Shown: positions 12,649 to 26,548 of the stretch, in pieces
Layout: each line of letters starts with the position of its first letter
Position numbering within the stretch: the first letter of the stretch is position 1
From: Vicugna vicugna
Taxonomy: Eukaryota
DNA: 64,000 bases
Assembly: GCA_013265495.1 (NCBI GenBank)
Contig: MU057560.1
Coordinates: 1,066,753-1,130,752, forward strand
Reading direction: 5' to 3'
Program-made: the position numbers and the translations under genes
The notes under the pieces: generated by a model
Databases searched by the model: none
What the model was told of the DNA's origin: nothing
The model's input: only the letters and a program-made list of their open reading frames with translations

Positions 12649-13634
12649 TAATTCAATTATAACATATTTGATTTGTTTAAATTATAACTGTATAGACAAA
12701 CGTGCATTTACTTGTCAATCAAGCACAAATTGTGTTAATAAAATTCATTGAACTCATTGACTTTTGGAGATTGTTAATTCCCTGGAAAAAAAAAGAATTG
12801 TCAATAAAAATGATCTCTTGTTAAAACAAATTCAATATTCTTATTGCATAGTACTAGAATAATAAAGAAAAATAAGTAATTTGCAATTCTTTCAGGTGAA
12901 CTTTACAATCAAAATCTTTGCCAGAAAAAATATGACTTAAGTAAAAGACAGATTTTTACATTAAATGCAATGATTTTGATACTGCTTGGAGAGACTAATG
13001 CCTTTTGTTTCTTGACAAATGATTTGATTTCCCCTCGAGTCAACAATTTGGTGGCCCATTGTAATATTAAACGTATCTCTCTAAACTGTGTTTCAACACT
13101 TCACTTATATCGTAAAACAGAATTTGAAATGAAGGCACTCTTGTCTGTCACTTACACTGTTTGACATTCACTTCACAAACTTTAAGCCAGACTATGTGTC
13201 ATATATTGTGTCTGGAGATGGAGGTTCAAAAATAGACTGCACACAATCCATTTCCTTTATAAACGCCCGTGTTTTAATGCAATAAATAAGCTGGATTTTT
13301 TGTTACCTGGAACTCACAAGTGATGAAGCCAAACAGCAAAATCTCAGAATGATGGGATCTGGAAACTACGTAAAGAAATAACAAGGAAGCACGGGGAAGG
13401 GTCTATTCATCAACCACGAACGTGTGTATATCATTAAAGGGGCGTGGGAAAGCTACAGACCGCAGAGCACGTTTTATCTAGGACTTCACAGAAGACTGGG
13501 GAAAATCGGGTTTTGTGTAAGGTGGGAACACCCGTTCTAGCCAGAGGGATAAATACGTGAAAATGCATAGAAGCTTGAGCCACGATCCAGGGACAAGGGT
13601 GCTTTGCCAAGTGATACGGACTTGACCGTGTTGG

Positions 13635-13822
13635 CTTGCAGTCACTGCAGTGTGGTCGCTGGACCAGCAGCGCCGGCATCCCCTGGAAGCAGGTTAGAAA
13701 TGGGCATTCTCGGGCTCCACCTCAGACCCACTGAATCCGAGACTGGGAGGGAGGGTCCACTAATGTGCGTTTCAACAAGCCCTCCGTGGGCCTCTCGTGC
13801 TGGTCAAGTTTCAGGGGCCGGG
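13635..13822. mobile_element. MER5A (hAT-Charlie) non-autonomous element
   Basis: gtgtggtcgctggaccagcagc...gttagaaatg...ctcagacccactgaatccgagact...tttcaacaagccctcc. Confidence 0.8.
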
Positions 13823-14512
13823 TTTTAAATCAGGTGGATGACATGATGGAACTAACTCAATGAAGGATAATTCAGGCACCAGGGTAGGGGGCTGACGGCG
13901 CTGGTAACGGTCGGCGACGTGGAGACCAGTGAGAAGGCCCGGCACTGCTCCCTGGCACAGAGCTCTCACACAGTAAAACACACGCCCAGCCCCACGGGCG
14001 TTCCCTGAGGATACGGAGTCTGCATGTTCATGCTTCTGGCATCAGTGCAACATCTGACACCCAGTTGGTGCTCAATTAACGTTTTCAGTTAATTATTAAT
14101 GCTGAACAGTGTATGTAGTGTATGTGGTGGACATGGAAGCCTTGACCAAGGCAGAAACTAGAAGTGACTGAAAAAGACAGGAATTTTGCTGCAGGAAATA
14201 CGATCTTACACACCTAGACTTTCCAGTAGAGTCTGAGTCGACTTGGTTCACTCAGTGGCTCAATGACATGTTCAGTTTCTTTTGTCTTTTGACTCTGCCG
14301 TCCTCGATGCTCTGGTTTGCATCCTCAGCTTTGTCCTCTCGCTGCTCCAGGATGGCTGCAGCGCCCCCTGGACACTAACCCTCACACAGCAATAGCTGAA
14401 GACAGGAAGGCAGGACGGCCTCTTGCGTGCTTTCTGCAGTGGCAGCAAACGTCTAGGAATCGGCACCTCCGCTTTAATTGCCAGTGGTTTCCTCTAATGC
14501 GCTGTTGACCAG

Positions 14513-14849
14513 ATACGGTGGTCTGAATATTTGTGCCCGCCCTCCCCTCCCCCGCAGCCCAATATGAAGGAATCGGGGGTGGGGCTCCCGGAGGCGATGA
14601 GGTCATGAGGGTGGATCGCTCTGTAATGGGATAAGTGCTCCTATAAAGAGACCGCGCCGGCGCCCTCCCGCCTGCCGCAGTGCGCGGACTCCCCAGGCCT
14701 GTGCGCAGGAGAGCGCTCTCGCGCAGCCGCGCGGGCCTGGGTCTCGAACCTCCAGCCGCCAGAGCGGTGAGACGTCCATTTCCGTTGTTTATAAGCCACC
14801 TCGTCTTCAGCACTTTGCTGGAGCAGCCTGAACAGACTGCGCTGAGACA
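14513..14849 (+). mobile_element. MLT1A-type MaLR solo LTR, CpG-rich
   Basis: ggtctgaatatttgtgccc...aggtcatgagggtgga...aatgggataagtgctcctataaagagacc...ttgtttataagccacc...gcagcctgaacagact. Confidence 0.85.
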
Positions 14850-15474
14850 TCAGAATCGCCTCTTACGCTCAGTTCTTAAGCCGCCGCGGGCCAGGGAATG
14901 CAATTACCACCGTAGGCTTAAATGAACCAAGATTCGCCCCTGGGGCTGCCGTTACCTTAGCCTCTCAGGAAGCACACAGCTTCGGAAACTAGAAGAAAGT
15001 GATGAGAGTGGAGGGTCACGGCCATTAGGTAGGAAACTAACAGAATTCATAGCAGTCATGTCCGTTTCAAGGATTGGTCTGTGGGTAACGCATGGGAACC
15101 CCCTGTTTTAAAGGGGAAGTTCTGTGCAAGGGTGAGTACCTGCCACGTGCTTCTCATGGCCCTGAGAACTTCTAGTGCTGATGGTGTGGAAAACCAAGCC
15201 TTCAGAGGAAGACCCAGGGGCATGTGGCACCTCTGCAACTGACCAGCTTTCTGACTTCCATCAGGTAGAAAATCTGTGTTTCTACTTATCTATGGCATAA
15301 GTCACCTTGCATCCTTCTCCAGATCATCGTGTAAATAAAGTGTCCCTGATAAACAGGAAGTTATACCACTGCTCTGTTATTAAAGGCCTCCACCCCCTTC
15401 ACCCCCCGGTAATAAAGCAGAAAGACTCTAACGTTCCTTGACTGTTTAATGTCACAGGCACAAGTTTTCTAATT

Positions 15475-15630
15475 TAATCCATAAACATACAACCCACTGA
15501 TGTAGGAATGATTATTCCCTTTTATAAGAGAGAAGTCCATGGCTCAAGGCTCCAGGTATCTTGTCCTAATTAATGATATGGCTGAGAGTGACAGGAAAGG
15601 AGTTGAGTCCTTGGCTGTTGGACCCTAAGC
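15475..15630 (-). mobile_element. MIR fragment
   Basis: aacccactgatgtagg...attattcccttttataagagagaag...ggctcaagg core-like sequence. Confidence 0.5.
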
Positions 15631-16509
15631 AGGGCTCCCGCCCAGGTGGGCAAGCACAGCCAGCCTTCTGCAGCGGCAGAGACGCGGGCGGCGGGTCGAA
15701 GAGCTGATCCCTCTGCTCTCAGCTCCCACCGCCCAGACTCCCCGGGGCCGTCATTCTAAACGTGTCAGCAACACACCCTTCAAGAAAGGCTAGTAAGAAA
15801 TGAGAAGACTGAGATTTCTAACTATGTTTTGAAGTGCACTTTTAAATACAGATTTTCCTTTTCATGCACTTGAAATCAGCGAGACAGTCTTCCAGGAGCA
15901 GAGGCTGGAGCAGTGAAGGCCTGTGGAAGTTTTCTGGAATCTGTGGAATTAGTGATGGCCCCAGGCGCTCTTGCTTCAAGTGTGGAGCCTTTCAGGTAGC
16001 GGTAGATGGGGCTGAAGGAAGGGAGGCTGGGTGGTTTGAAAAAACGTTCTTTTTTATTATTGTCAGGATCAATTCACCAGGCTGTGAGGTGAATTAAGAA
16101 ACCTTGGCTCTAGAAAGAAATCCTTGGTAACTTCAGGCCGCAGCGGTTTGATTCCAACGCGCAGCACCTGCTTCTACGGGCTCCCGGCAGGATGCCCGAG
16201 CCCCTCCAGCCACAGTGTGCACCTCGCTTTGTTTGCTTTCTCTAAAGCTCAGCTCCAAACACCTTCTCTCTCCAGGGACAGAGGGGAAGGGCGCAGGGGC
16301 AGGGAGGCTGTCTGTGCAGGGGAGACTGTGGGCGCTGCCCGGAAGGGGACTCCTTACAAGGTTCAGCTTCAATGAACTGTTCTCCCGTGCATCTGAGACA
16401 AACAGAAAGGGAAGTCCGGCACCGGCATCCAACAAGAGAGGGTTCCACCTAAATATGTGCATCAACGAGGCATCTCTTTCCATCCCTTTAACCAAACAGG
16501 AGGTGTGAG

Positions 16510-16943
16510 GTCTTATCAGGCTTCTCCTGAGAAACAGAATCAATAGGATAGCTCGCTCTCTCTGCCTCTCTCTCCCTGTGTATCTAAATATAAATATATA
16601 CAGAGAGAGAGAGAGAGAGATTTGCTTTAAGGAACTGGCTCGTGACTGTGAGGCTGAAGATCCAGGGAAGAGTTGCTGTTGCGTCTGAGTTCGAAGGCTG
16701 CCTGCTGAGGGGGTTCCCCGCTCCCTTTTCTTTGGGGGCGGCCAGTCTTAGCTCTGGTAAGACCTTCAGCTGACTAGCTGAGTCCCACCCACCTCAGGAA
16801 AGGTAAGCTGCTTATTCAAAGTCTACTGAGTTACATATTCATCTTACCTAAAAAATACCTTCAGAGAAACATTTAGAACAATGTTTGGCCACACGTCTGG
16901 GCACAGCTGTGCAGCCACACCGACACAGGAAATCACCATCACA
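16510..16943 (-). mobile_element. MLT2-type solo LTR with an internal (GA)n run
   Basis: ttctcctgagaaacagaatcaataggata...ttaaggaactggctc...ccttcagctgact...aataccttcagagaaacatttaga...accatcaca. Confidence 0.85.
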
Positions 16944-18439
16944 ACGGTTTAGGCTGTGTGTGTGGAGGCTCCTGCTGTCTCTTAGATTCGCACTGAGCCC
17001 TGAGGTCCTCTGACGCCATCCTCTTGCTGTTTCGAAGGACCACATAAACCATTTCATCTGCTCACAATGAGTCTTACAGAGCTAAAGAGCACTCCCGTGC
17101 ATGTAAAATCTTCCTGCGGGGAATATGAGCCAGATTCCTCAGACAGATCAGATGGTGCACAAGTAACATCAGGTTAATCTCAACATAGCTGCTTATTGAA
17201 ATATTTTTCCTCTTGGTAAAAAAATAAACTCACTCACCCATGTAATTTTTTTTAATTTTCTTTTTTTAGGCAAGCCAGATGTCTGTGCAATACTAAATAC
17301 TGCAACTTCAGATTGGACATCAGAACGCAGAAACTATGAGTGTGGAAATGCAACCGAGTCAAGTGTTCACCATCCCTGAGCATCCTGTTATTACAAAATC
17401 TACTGAGATTGGTTGTGGCCTGACACTCGAGGGGTGAGCCCCTTATTTCAACATTTGCTATTTTTGCAAAGAGTTCACTTCCATTTTTACTTTGGGGAGT
17501 GTAGTTATTTTTACACGAGATCTTGATAGAATTCCTGGGACAGCACGTGGCTGAGAGGCGTCTGGAAGCGATGCGCTTCCCCAGATCCCGCAAATTATGA
17601 CCTACCAAAATGTCCAACTCACTCCACTTTTTCAGCCTTTCTCCAGCCTGGAAGGGTTTCTTGTTTTATTATGATGTTGTAGGTAATTTGTCAGCCAAAG
17701 GAGACCTTCGTATCTTGGAAACAAAGAGGTGACTGACCTCAGGACTCTTGATTATAAAATGAATTGGACAGCCAAGGTCTCCGGTTATGGGACTGCTCAG
17801 CTGTAACGATGCCCTCTGTGCTTTACGTTAGCTGTTTTCTGCCAAAGCCGAGGGCACTGCTTTCTTGAGAAGCTCCTCGGTCTGTCAATCCTTACCTCGT
17901 CACTCACTGTAATCATCACTTATGTGGCGATGCTTCCTGCGAGACAGGCTGTGCCTCGCTGCCAGAGCTGGGAACGATGAGGTTGCCTGTGCTTTCATGC
18001 CCAGTTTCGCTGTGCATTTTGCAGTGATAGTCATGGTCCCCACCACCACGTGTCTAACATGTCCATGACAACAGACAACTGTGAAACAGCAGAAAGATGC
18101 AGCAAACTCAATGACGTTGGACTGTGGTGGCCACGCTACACCTCCCCCCACTGTCTGAGGTGATAGGAATGCATAACAAGAGAAGAAATAAAAATAAAAC
18201 ATTCTATGATTTTCATTCTCGACATGTGTCTTTCCTTTACTGCTTCATAATTTTAAAACAGTTTGAGCTGCTTAGCTTAGCAGAGGGTGACCCTCTAAAC
18301 CTAGACCAAGGCTTCTATTATGCAAAGGTATTAAAATGGTTTTCACTTAGCTGCTTCTTAGGTTACTTCCGAAACGTGTCTTTTCGTTTCTCACCGCCCC
18401 CCATACGTGGGAGTCAGAGGGACCACTGCCCTGGCTTGC

Positions 18440-18476
18440 CTTCCATCCAGTCTGCTCAGGCTGCTGCGACAGAATC
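18440..18476 (-). mobile_element. MLT1A LTR terminal piece (left part, interrupted by Tigger1)
   Basis: cagtctgctcaggctgctgcgacagaatc matches the MLT1A terminus and continues at 20879. Confidence 0.6.
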
Positions 18477-20878
18477 CAAGCCCGCCTCAGAGGGACTGCG
18501 AGTCCCAGCCCAGGCCACCGTGACAAACCGATGATCACAGTAAGGTGAGTCACACACACATCTCTCTTGTGTCCTAACGCACGTAGAAGTTATGTTTACA
18601 CTATTAAGTGTGCAATAGCATATCTTAAGAAAACAATGCACACACTCTCATTTAAAAATAGTTTATTAGTTAAGAAATGCTGACCATGATCCAAGCCTTC
18701 ATTGAGCCCTAATCTTTTTGCTGATGGAGGGTCTTGCCTCGGTGTTGACGGCTGCTGACTGATCAGAGTGGTGGGTGCTGAAATCGGGTGGATGTGGCAA
18801 TTTCTTAAAATAAAGAAAGAGTGAAGTTCGGCGCACCGTTTGCCTTCCTTTCATGACGATTTCTCTGCAGCAGGCAATGCCGTCCGATCGTGCTCTCCCC
18901 ACGGCAGACCTTTCAGAACTCGAGTCAGTCCTCTCAGGCTCTGACACTGCTTCATCAACTAAGTTCACGGCACATTCTAAATCCTTTGCTGTCATTTCAG
19001 CAATCTTCACAGCATCTTCACCGGGAGGAGAGTCCATCTCATAAAAACACTTCCTTTGTTCGCTCGCAAGAAGCAGCTCCTCGTCCATGCAAGCTGCACC
19101 GTGAGATGCAGCAATGCTGTCCCCTCTTCAGGCTCCACTTGCAATTCTAGTTTCTCTTGTTCTTTCCACTGCGTCTGCAGTTCCTTCCTCCGCTGAAGGC
19201 TTGAACCCCTCAAAGTCATCCAGGAGGACTGGAATCAACTTCTTCCAAACTCTTGTTAATGTTGGTACGTTGACCTCTTCCCATAAATCATGAATGTTTG
19301 CTCTTCATGGCAACTAGAATGATGGATCCTTTCCAAAGTTTTCAGTTTACTCAGCCCAGATCCATCAGAGAAGCTCCTGTCCACGGCAGCTACAGCCTCA
19401 CAAAGTGCATTTTCCAAATGAGAAGGCTTGAGAGTCAAAAACCGCCCTTGACGCATGGGCTGCAGGATGGGTGCTGTGTCAGCAGCATGAGGACAATGCT
19501 AGTCTCGTTGTACGTGTCCATCACAGCTCTTGGGTGATCAGATGGATCGTCAGTGAGCATTAATATTTTAAAAGATCTTTTTTCTTTCCTTCCTGAGCAG
19601 TAGGTCTCAAGAGTGAGTTTGAAATATTCAGTAAGCAGTGTTTTAAACAGACGTGCTGTCATCCAGGCTTTGTTGTTGCATTTACAGAGCACAGGCAGAG
19701 TGGACTTGCCATAATTCTTAGGGACTCTAAAATTGTCAGATGGTAAATGAGCATCGGCCTCAACTTCGAGTCATTGCTGCCTTAGCCCCTAACAGGAGAG
19801 TCGCCTGTCCTGTGAAGCTCTGGAGCCAGGCACTGACGTCTCCTCTCCCGCTATGGACGTCCTGGATGGCAGCTCCCAGTATAAGACCGGTTCATCCACA
19901 GTGAAGGTCTGTTGCTTAGTGCGGCCACCTTTGTGAGTTACGTTCACAGAATCTTCTGGAGAACGCACTGCAGCTTCCACATCAGCACTGGCTGCTCCGC
20001 CTGCACGTTCATGTTCTGGAGATGGCGTCTTTTCTTAAACCTCAGGAACCAACCTCTGCTCATTCCGATCTTCTCTTCTGGAGCTTCCCCACCTCTCTCA
20101 GCTGCCACAGGATTGAAGAGAGCTGGGGCCCGGCTCTGGATGGGGCTTTGGCTGGAGGGAAGGTGGTGGCTGGTTTGATCTTCTGTCCCAACCACTCAGA
20201 CTTGCTCCACATCAGCAATGGTGCTGCTTTGCTTTCCTAGCGTCTGTGTGTTCACTGGAGCAGCACTTTTAATTTCCTCCAGGAACTTTTCCCTTGCATT
20301 CTCAGCTGGGCTGTTTGACACAAGAGGCCTCGTTTTTGGCTCGTCTTAGCTTTTGACACACCTTCCTCCTGAGCTTAATCATTTCTAGCTTTTGGTTTAA
20401 AGTAGGAAACGTGGAACTCTTCTTTACGTTTGAACACTTAGAGGCCACTTTTGGGTTATTAATTGGCCAGATTTCAGTATTGTTGTGTCTCAGGGAATAA
20501 GGAGGCTTGAGGGAAGGGTGAGAGACAAGGGGACAGCTGGTCAGCGAGCACTTAGAGCACACACATTTATCAATTCATTTATTGTCTTATATGACTGTGG
20601 TTTGTGGGGTGCCCCAAAACAATTACAATAGTAACATCAAAGATCACTGATCAAGATCTCCATAACAAATATAAGGACAATGGAAAAGGGTAAAATACTG
20701 CGAGAATTAACAAAATGTTACACAAAGACATGAAGTTAGCAAATGCTTTTCGGAAAAATGGCAGCAGTAGACTTGATCAACCCACAACTCATAACTCAAC
20801 TCACTTGTTGCCACAAACCTTCAATTTGTTAAAAATCTTCAAAGAGCAATAGAGAGAAGTGTGATAAATTGAGGTGCC
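18477..20878 (-). mobile_element. Near-full-length Tigger1 (TcMar/pogo) DNA transposon; transposase pseudogenised
   Basis: About 2.4 kb; eroded TIRs caagcccgcctc / gaggtgcc; minus-strand transposase pieces SRGWFLRFKKR (CENP-B-type HTH), NNKAWMTARLF...FKILMLTDDPSDHP (DDE) and MDEELLLASEQRKCF, split by stops and frameshifts. Confidence 0.93.
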
Positions 20879-21212
20879 ACAATCTGAGTGGCTTAAGAAG
20901 CAGAAATTCTTTTCTCAAAATTCTAGAAGCTGGAAGTCCAAGATCAAGGTGCTGCAGATCCAGTGTCTGGTGACACTGGTGAGGCTGTTTTCCTGGTTTG
21001 CAGTTGGCCACCTTCTGGCTGTGTCTTCACATGGAAGGAATAGAGAGAGAGGAGTCAAGCTCTTTCATATCTCTACCTTTAAGGACCTTAATCCCATTGT
21101 CAGGGCCCCACCAAATCCTTCCCAAAGGCTCCACCTCCAAATGCCATCACACTGGGGATTAAATTTCAACATATGGATTTTGGGGAGGAGACCCATATTT
21201 AGCCCAGAGAGC
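20879..21212 (-). mobile_element. MLT1A LTR (right part)
   Basis: gagtggcttaagaagcagaaattc...gctggaagtccaagatcaaggtg...cccaaaggctccacctccaaatgccatcacactgggg...ttcaacatatggattttgggg. Confidence 0.88.
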
Positions 21213-22039
21213 TTCTCCTGGCATAAATTTACCTACCTAATTTACACCCAGCCTTGAAAATTTAGCTTGAGTGTCACTTCCTCTGGAAAGCCTTTCCTGA
21301 CCACACCTGCTTTAGCCTCTGTCTTCAGCTTGGTGCCCCAGAGCCTCTTTTCCTGTCTATCTCAGAGCTTTGCTTCATGAGACTATCGTCATTGTCACTG
21401 GACTGTGCAAACCCCACAAAAAGGAGCGTGGACACCAGCTGAGGGTCCAGATGTTGCCACCTTTCTAGTCTCCTTCTGCTCATCACTGTCATCATCACAC
21501 TCTTCTCCACTATCTTCTGGGCTGTCACTGGAAGGCTGATAATGAGCCAGGTTAGAAACATGCTGAAGTTTATACTGAGATTCACACCTGGGTTCTGCTA
21601 GAACTCTTAGCCAAACATCATGGAAGCTCAATAAATTTGTATTCAGTAAAAAATAATATTCTGAGAGTAGTGTCTCCCCTTACTTTCCACAGCACTTATT
21701 AAGATGCCGTTGGCAGAGGAGATGCTGGTGTAACAAACGTGGGTGTCAGGTGGCTGGTGTGACGAGAGAGGCGAGTCTGCATCCTCGGGGCCAGGCTTCT
21801 GCTTCTCAGAGCTACAAGTTCTGTCATGTGGTTCTGTCCAATCTAGGATTATGACTAACAACTTATGATTATTCCACTCTTCAGAATGCCTGGAGATCTA
21901 CCTCTCCCTCCTTAATGCGTTTGCCTTCCTATGCAAGACTAGGTCCACTGGCCATGTACCACACTTGTGTGAGTTCAGAGTCTTGGCCTGGAGGATGTCT
22001 ACTGAATAGACCAGATAATTGAGCTGTGAAAGTCATTGA

Positions 22040-24430
22040 ATGTTTAATTTTATAATTTTCAAAAATGGAAGAAAAAGTCCAGTGAACAAGAATGCAAAGA
22101 TGCCTATGATTTAGACTCAAAATATTTGGCTATACTTGTTCTATCTAGTGACTTATTTATATATCTTTTTTTCCTGCAGAATCATTTGAAAGCGAATTAT
22201 ATGCATTGTGATAGCTTATGCTTAAAAATAGGATAGTTACCTACAGTAACCCCATTATCATTCTTAAACCATGGAATGCTCAGAATTATTTTACAATGTG
22301 CAGCATCCAAACCATATTCAAATTTTACCAATTATCAAAAAATATGTTATGCCTGTTTTTATATTTATAAGCAAGGGTCCAACTAAATTTCATTTGTTGC
22401 ATCAATTGCTATTCCTCTTCAGAGAAGGCACATGTTTTCAGATGTCTCACTATTTACTATGCAAAGTTGGATAAATTGATCAAGGTTGCATTTCTCCATT
22501 GTGTTTTATTTTATTTTTTATTGAAGTATAGTTGATTTGCAATGTTCATTTCAGGTGTACAGCAAAGTGATTCAGATACAGATATATAAATATATATATT
22601 TTATATATACATATATACATATATATACACACACATATATGTATATATTTCAGATTATTTTCCATTACAGGCTATTACAAGCTATTGAATCCAGTTCCCC
22701 GTGCTCTACAGTAGGTCCGTGTTGTTTGTCTGTTTTATGTACAGTAATGTGTATCTGTTACTCCCAAACTCCTGATTTATCCCTCCCCCACTTCTCCTTT
22801 GGTTTCTCATTGTGCTTTGGGTTTTGAATTTTTGTTTTTGCTTTCCAATTAGCAAGGATTACTGGGACTAACCTTTGGCATTTTGGAAATATCTTTCCCA
22901 ACAGACCTTCAGTGTTTGACTTCAGCGTCCATTAATGATTGATGATCCTTGACTGAATCAATTATTTTCTTTGGGGTTGAAGCACAATGTTTTCTAATTC
23001 CTTCCACATTTATTGAACTACTCCTTGTGAAAAGAGAGGTTTTTCCTCATGGACTGAGAATGAACCACTATGGTTCTGCCTGAAAAAGCAGGAAAAACAT
23101 TTAGTTGTCACAAATAATGATGCCAAATGATGTGCTCTCTCCACCCCACCCCAACTTCACATCTCTATGAGCACATTGATCTTTATTGATTCAATGTGGT
23201 ACCATAAACTACAGGGAGCATTCATTCCTGATGCTGTAATTGTCCCATATTTGGCCACTAACAACAATGTCAATCTGACTTCTCTGTCTTCCACATGTGC
23301 CCTCCTCAGTCACGTGTTTTTTGGCACAGTCATTTCAGGACAACTTTGTCTTTCCTTGTCCTAGAAATTCTCCAAGTGTTTATTCCTTCCTTTGCTGGAA
23401 AATGGTATCTGGAGACAACAATCTAGGCTCCCTTGGTTCCTACTACTTGTAAGGTTTATTTCTTTTAGGGCCTTCTGGTAGACGGGGCTAGCAAAGTTAC
23501 TTCTATGAAACATATTGAGCTTACAGTCATATTTCCAATTCCAACTTAACAATTCAGGGTGTTTTCTTAACTTCTTCAGTGTTGTGTCCCTATCCGTTTT
23601 TCTTGTTGACACTGGAAATCTCAGTTCTTTATAATTTTGACCTATATTCTTATTATATGTCATATGAGAGAGCTTGCTATTTGTTCTAGATTATTCTTGT
23701 TTTTTTAGATACATTTATATTTCCATCACAATAATTCTGCATATTTAATTTTGTTCTTATTTTTAATCTTGTTTTTTGCTGTTATAAATGGTCTCTCTTC
23801 TTGTATTTTCTATCTTGTGATAAAAAAGATACATTTTAAGAGTGCTTACAAGTTTACTACTGTTATAGCTTCTTGCTTTATTGAGGTATTTAATTTATCC
23901 TTAGGAAATGTTCCTGTTTATCAGCTTTTGGTTTTTCTGCTGCAACGTACAAAGTGCTCATCATTAAGCAACGATTTCAGCAGTTTGTTTGTTTGTTGTT
24001 GTTTACACGTGTCCTGTGTACATTTCATCCATTTCTCCTCCCCACCCCCTGCTCCTTCTTTTTCTTCTTGTGTGTTTAGGGATGCCCACCAATGTTTTTT
24101 TTTCTCTTTCTTTAAACAGGAGGATTTGTTTCATTTGCTTTGATTGTAAGTGCTGAATATGTTTCTCCTATTTCATTTAATTTATTTTCTTTCTGTCCTA
24201 GTTTCCTTCCTGTTTAATTCTTGCCTTCTCTTGGATTGATCTCTTCTCCTTCATTTCGTCCCCTTCATTGGTTGCTGTGGCCTCCGCCATAATTCTATCT
24301 TTTCACGGATTATTGAACTAATTTTAAAATTCCTATTTAACTTGTCAGGGTTTAAACTAAATCAATATTTTAATCTTTTTATTACAAAGTATGAGGGCAT
24401 TTTAATCATTTAATTATACTGCAGAAGTTA
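22040..24430 (-). mobile_element. Highly decayed old L1M (L1ME-like) pieces, interrupted by a younger L1
   Basis: T-rich L1-antisense character, e.g. gaaaatggtatctggagacaacaatctagg; boundaries approximate. Confidence 0.45.
22504..22802 (-). mobile_element. Cetartiodactyl-type L1 3' end with TSD
   Basis: ttttattgaagtatagttgattt...caggtgtacagcaaagtgattcag...cccaaactcctgatttatccctcccc; TSD tttctccattgtg (22491-22503) / tttctcattgtg (22803-22814). Confidence 0.88.
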
Positions 24431-26548
24431 CTTTAAAACCTTCAACTCTACTACATTAATATTTCAAAATTGACACTAAGGCCCTTCCGACTGATGTATG
24501 TTTTCTTTATCAGAAATAAAAGTAAATTAGCCTACAGACCCCTTGCTTTGCAAAATTAATGATTTCGAAATATTCTTGTTTCACAGTCAGTAGTTCTGAT
24601 CTTTGTGGCTGACTTGAAAACGTCCCCATTTACATCCTGAAGATCACAATTTCGCAGCTTCACGTTGCAATTCTTTGAGTGTTCTGACCCTGACCCCAGT
24701 TATTGGTCAGAACACAAAACCTGTGCTTGAGGGTAAGAGCAAGTTGAATTGGGCTGAAATCGTAGCCTGTTTTAAACAGATAACGGTTTAAGAACTCAGC
24801 GTGCAAGAAGGAACTGAACTCCCGGCTCATCAATCAGGAAGATGTGCCGATTTCCAGCATGTGTTAGTTTGCTTTTCTGCAGTAAACTGGTGGGAGTAAA
24901 TAACCATCATCTTGTGCTGCTTTGAGGCAAATGAAGTTACCGCGAAGAAGGTGCGCAGTGCAAGCTGCTCAGTGACCGTGAGTGGAGCTACAGCCCCGAG
25001 AAGGCGTAATGGCTCCAGTAGAGTGCCTTCAGACCGCGGAGCAACTGACCACGAACTAGACCCAACACATTTCTCAGACCCTTCGTAAAGCACCCTGACG
25101 CCTTGCCGACACGCCCTTTTCTTTGATCTGTAATCCAAATGATCTTTAATCCAGTATCTAGGCTTGAAGGCAATTGATTTCTGCTGTTTCTGCTGAAGGA
25201 AGACATTGGTTTTCGCCTTACGGGTGACGTGGGAGAGGCAGGAGAGAGCAATGATATTTAGAAGTAGTAAACTGTGAGCGCAGCTCCCTGTGGTGTATTC
25301 AGTGAATTACACAGTAAACTTTCATTTGCAGAAAACATGTTATCTTTTACACTGTGCTGGAGTCTCAAGAGGTGGTGATAAGGCATTATCTGATATGCTT
25401 TTCACTTTGTCATTCTTGGTTTCAGCTTAGAGGATTGGTTTCTCAGTGACACATCATGGCAAATTAACAGGTACAGATAAAACCTCCCATAAATATTCAT
25501 TATATCTTATTATTGCAAATTAATGAGCTATTTTGAAATTAAGCCGAGTTGTATTTGGTGATGAGGATCTTGTTTTAATATACGATGCTCAGAGATGAAT
25601 TAGGATCATGAAATGATTGAGTTCATTGGGAGAAATTTTTAGATAGGCTTTAAAAGTAACAATGTGGATAAGGCATGACGACTATTATACATGATTTTAG
25701 AAATGACGAGAAATTCTCTTTACATATGTAGACATCCAACCTTCTGTAATAACAACTGAATTCTTCTCACATAATACTTCAAAGCAAAGAATTTTGTATG
25801 GAGGATATATAATACATTTCAACAATTCAGAAAAGAAGGCTCTGCTTAGAAGGGCATGCCTTGGTAAATCAGCATTTAGAACTAAATATGATTTTTTTCA
25901 TCCAAATAAAGATTTTTTTTTTCCCATCTGCATTAGGAACCTGAGCAAATGCTTGAGGGTTTTTCAAGAAAATAAATGCATGCAGTTTAGGACAAATTCC
26001 ATAAAGCAGCGAGAAGAGGTTTCACTCTCTGGTGAATTACCTAGTTATCTCGATGGCCAGGAAGTCGCAATCCTGCCTCTCTAAGAGCCTCAGGGTCCAC
26101 TCTCATGAGCAGCCCACACAGCAAAGGCTGCCACTGCCTGCTTAGATTCCAAAAACATGTTGCAGATTTCATTTGAATTGGACCATGTTTAGGTGCCTTG
26201 GTTTTCACGCCTTCTCCTCAGAGACACGTTTTGCTGAAAACCCTCACTTCTGCTGCTTGTTGATTTGCTCCAAGGAGCTTAAAGCGTTCTCGTTTTCTGA
26301 TGCCGCTGCACTAGCACAGAGGAAGGCCGTTCACGTGGTCCGTCCTTGTAAGCGCATCAGCGATGTTCTCTCAGTGGGGACCAAACAGTGCAGCCTCAGA
26401 TGGAGACAGGGTCAACCTTTCCACACACACTGATAATTAGACCCAAATCTTCAGCCACTTGTGTGAAAGATTCGCTTATCTGACTGTCCTAATCCTTCAG
26501 TTCACTCACACCAAAAATAGATGTGGCCCAGGGTCTAATGCTCTAAAA

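Noticed and set aside
18699..20195. Functional TIGD1-like domesticated transposase
   Set aside because: The ORF is broken into several frames by stops and frameshifts; ordinary Tigger1 fossil
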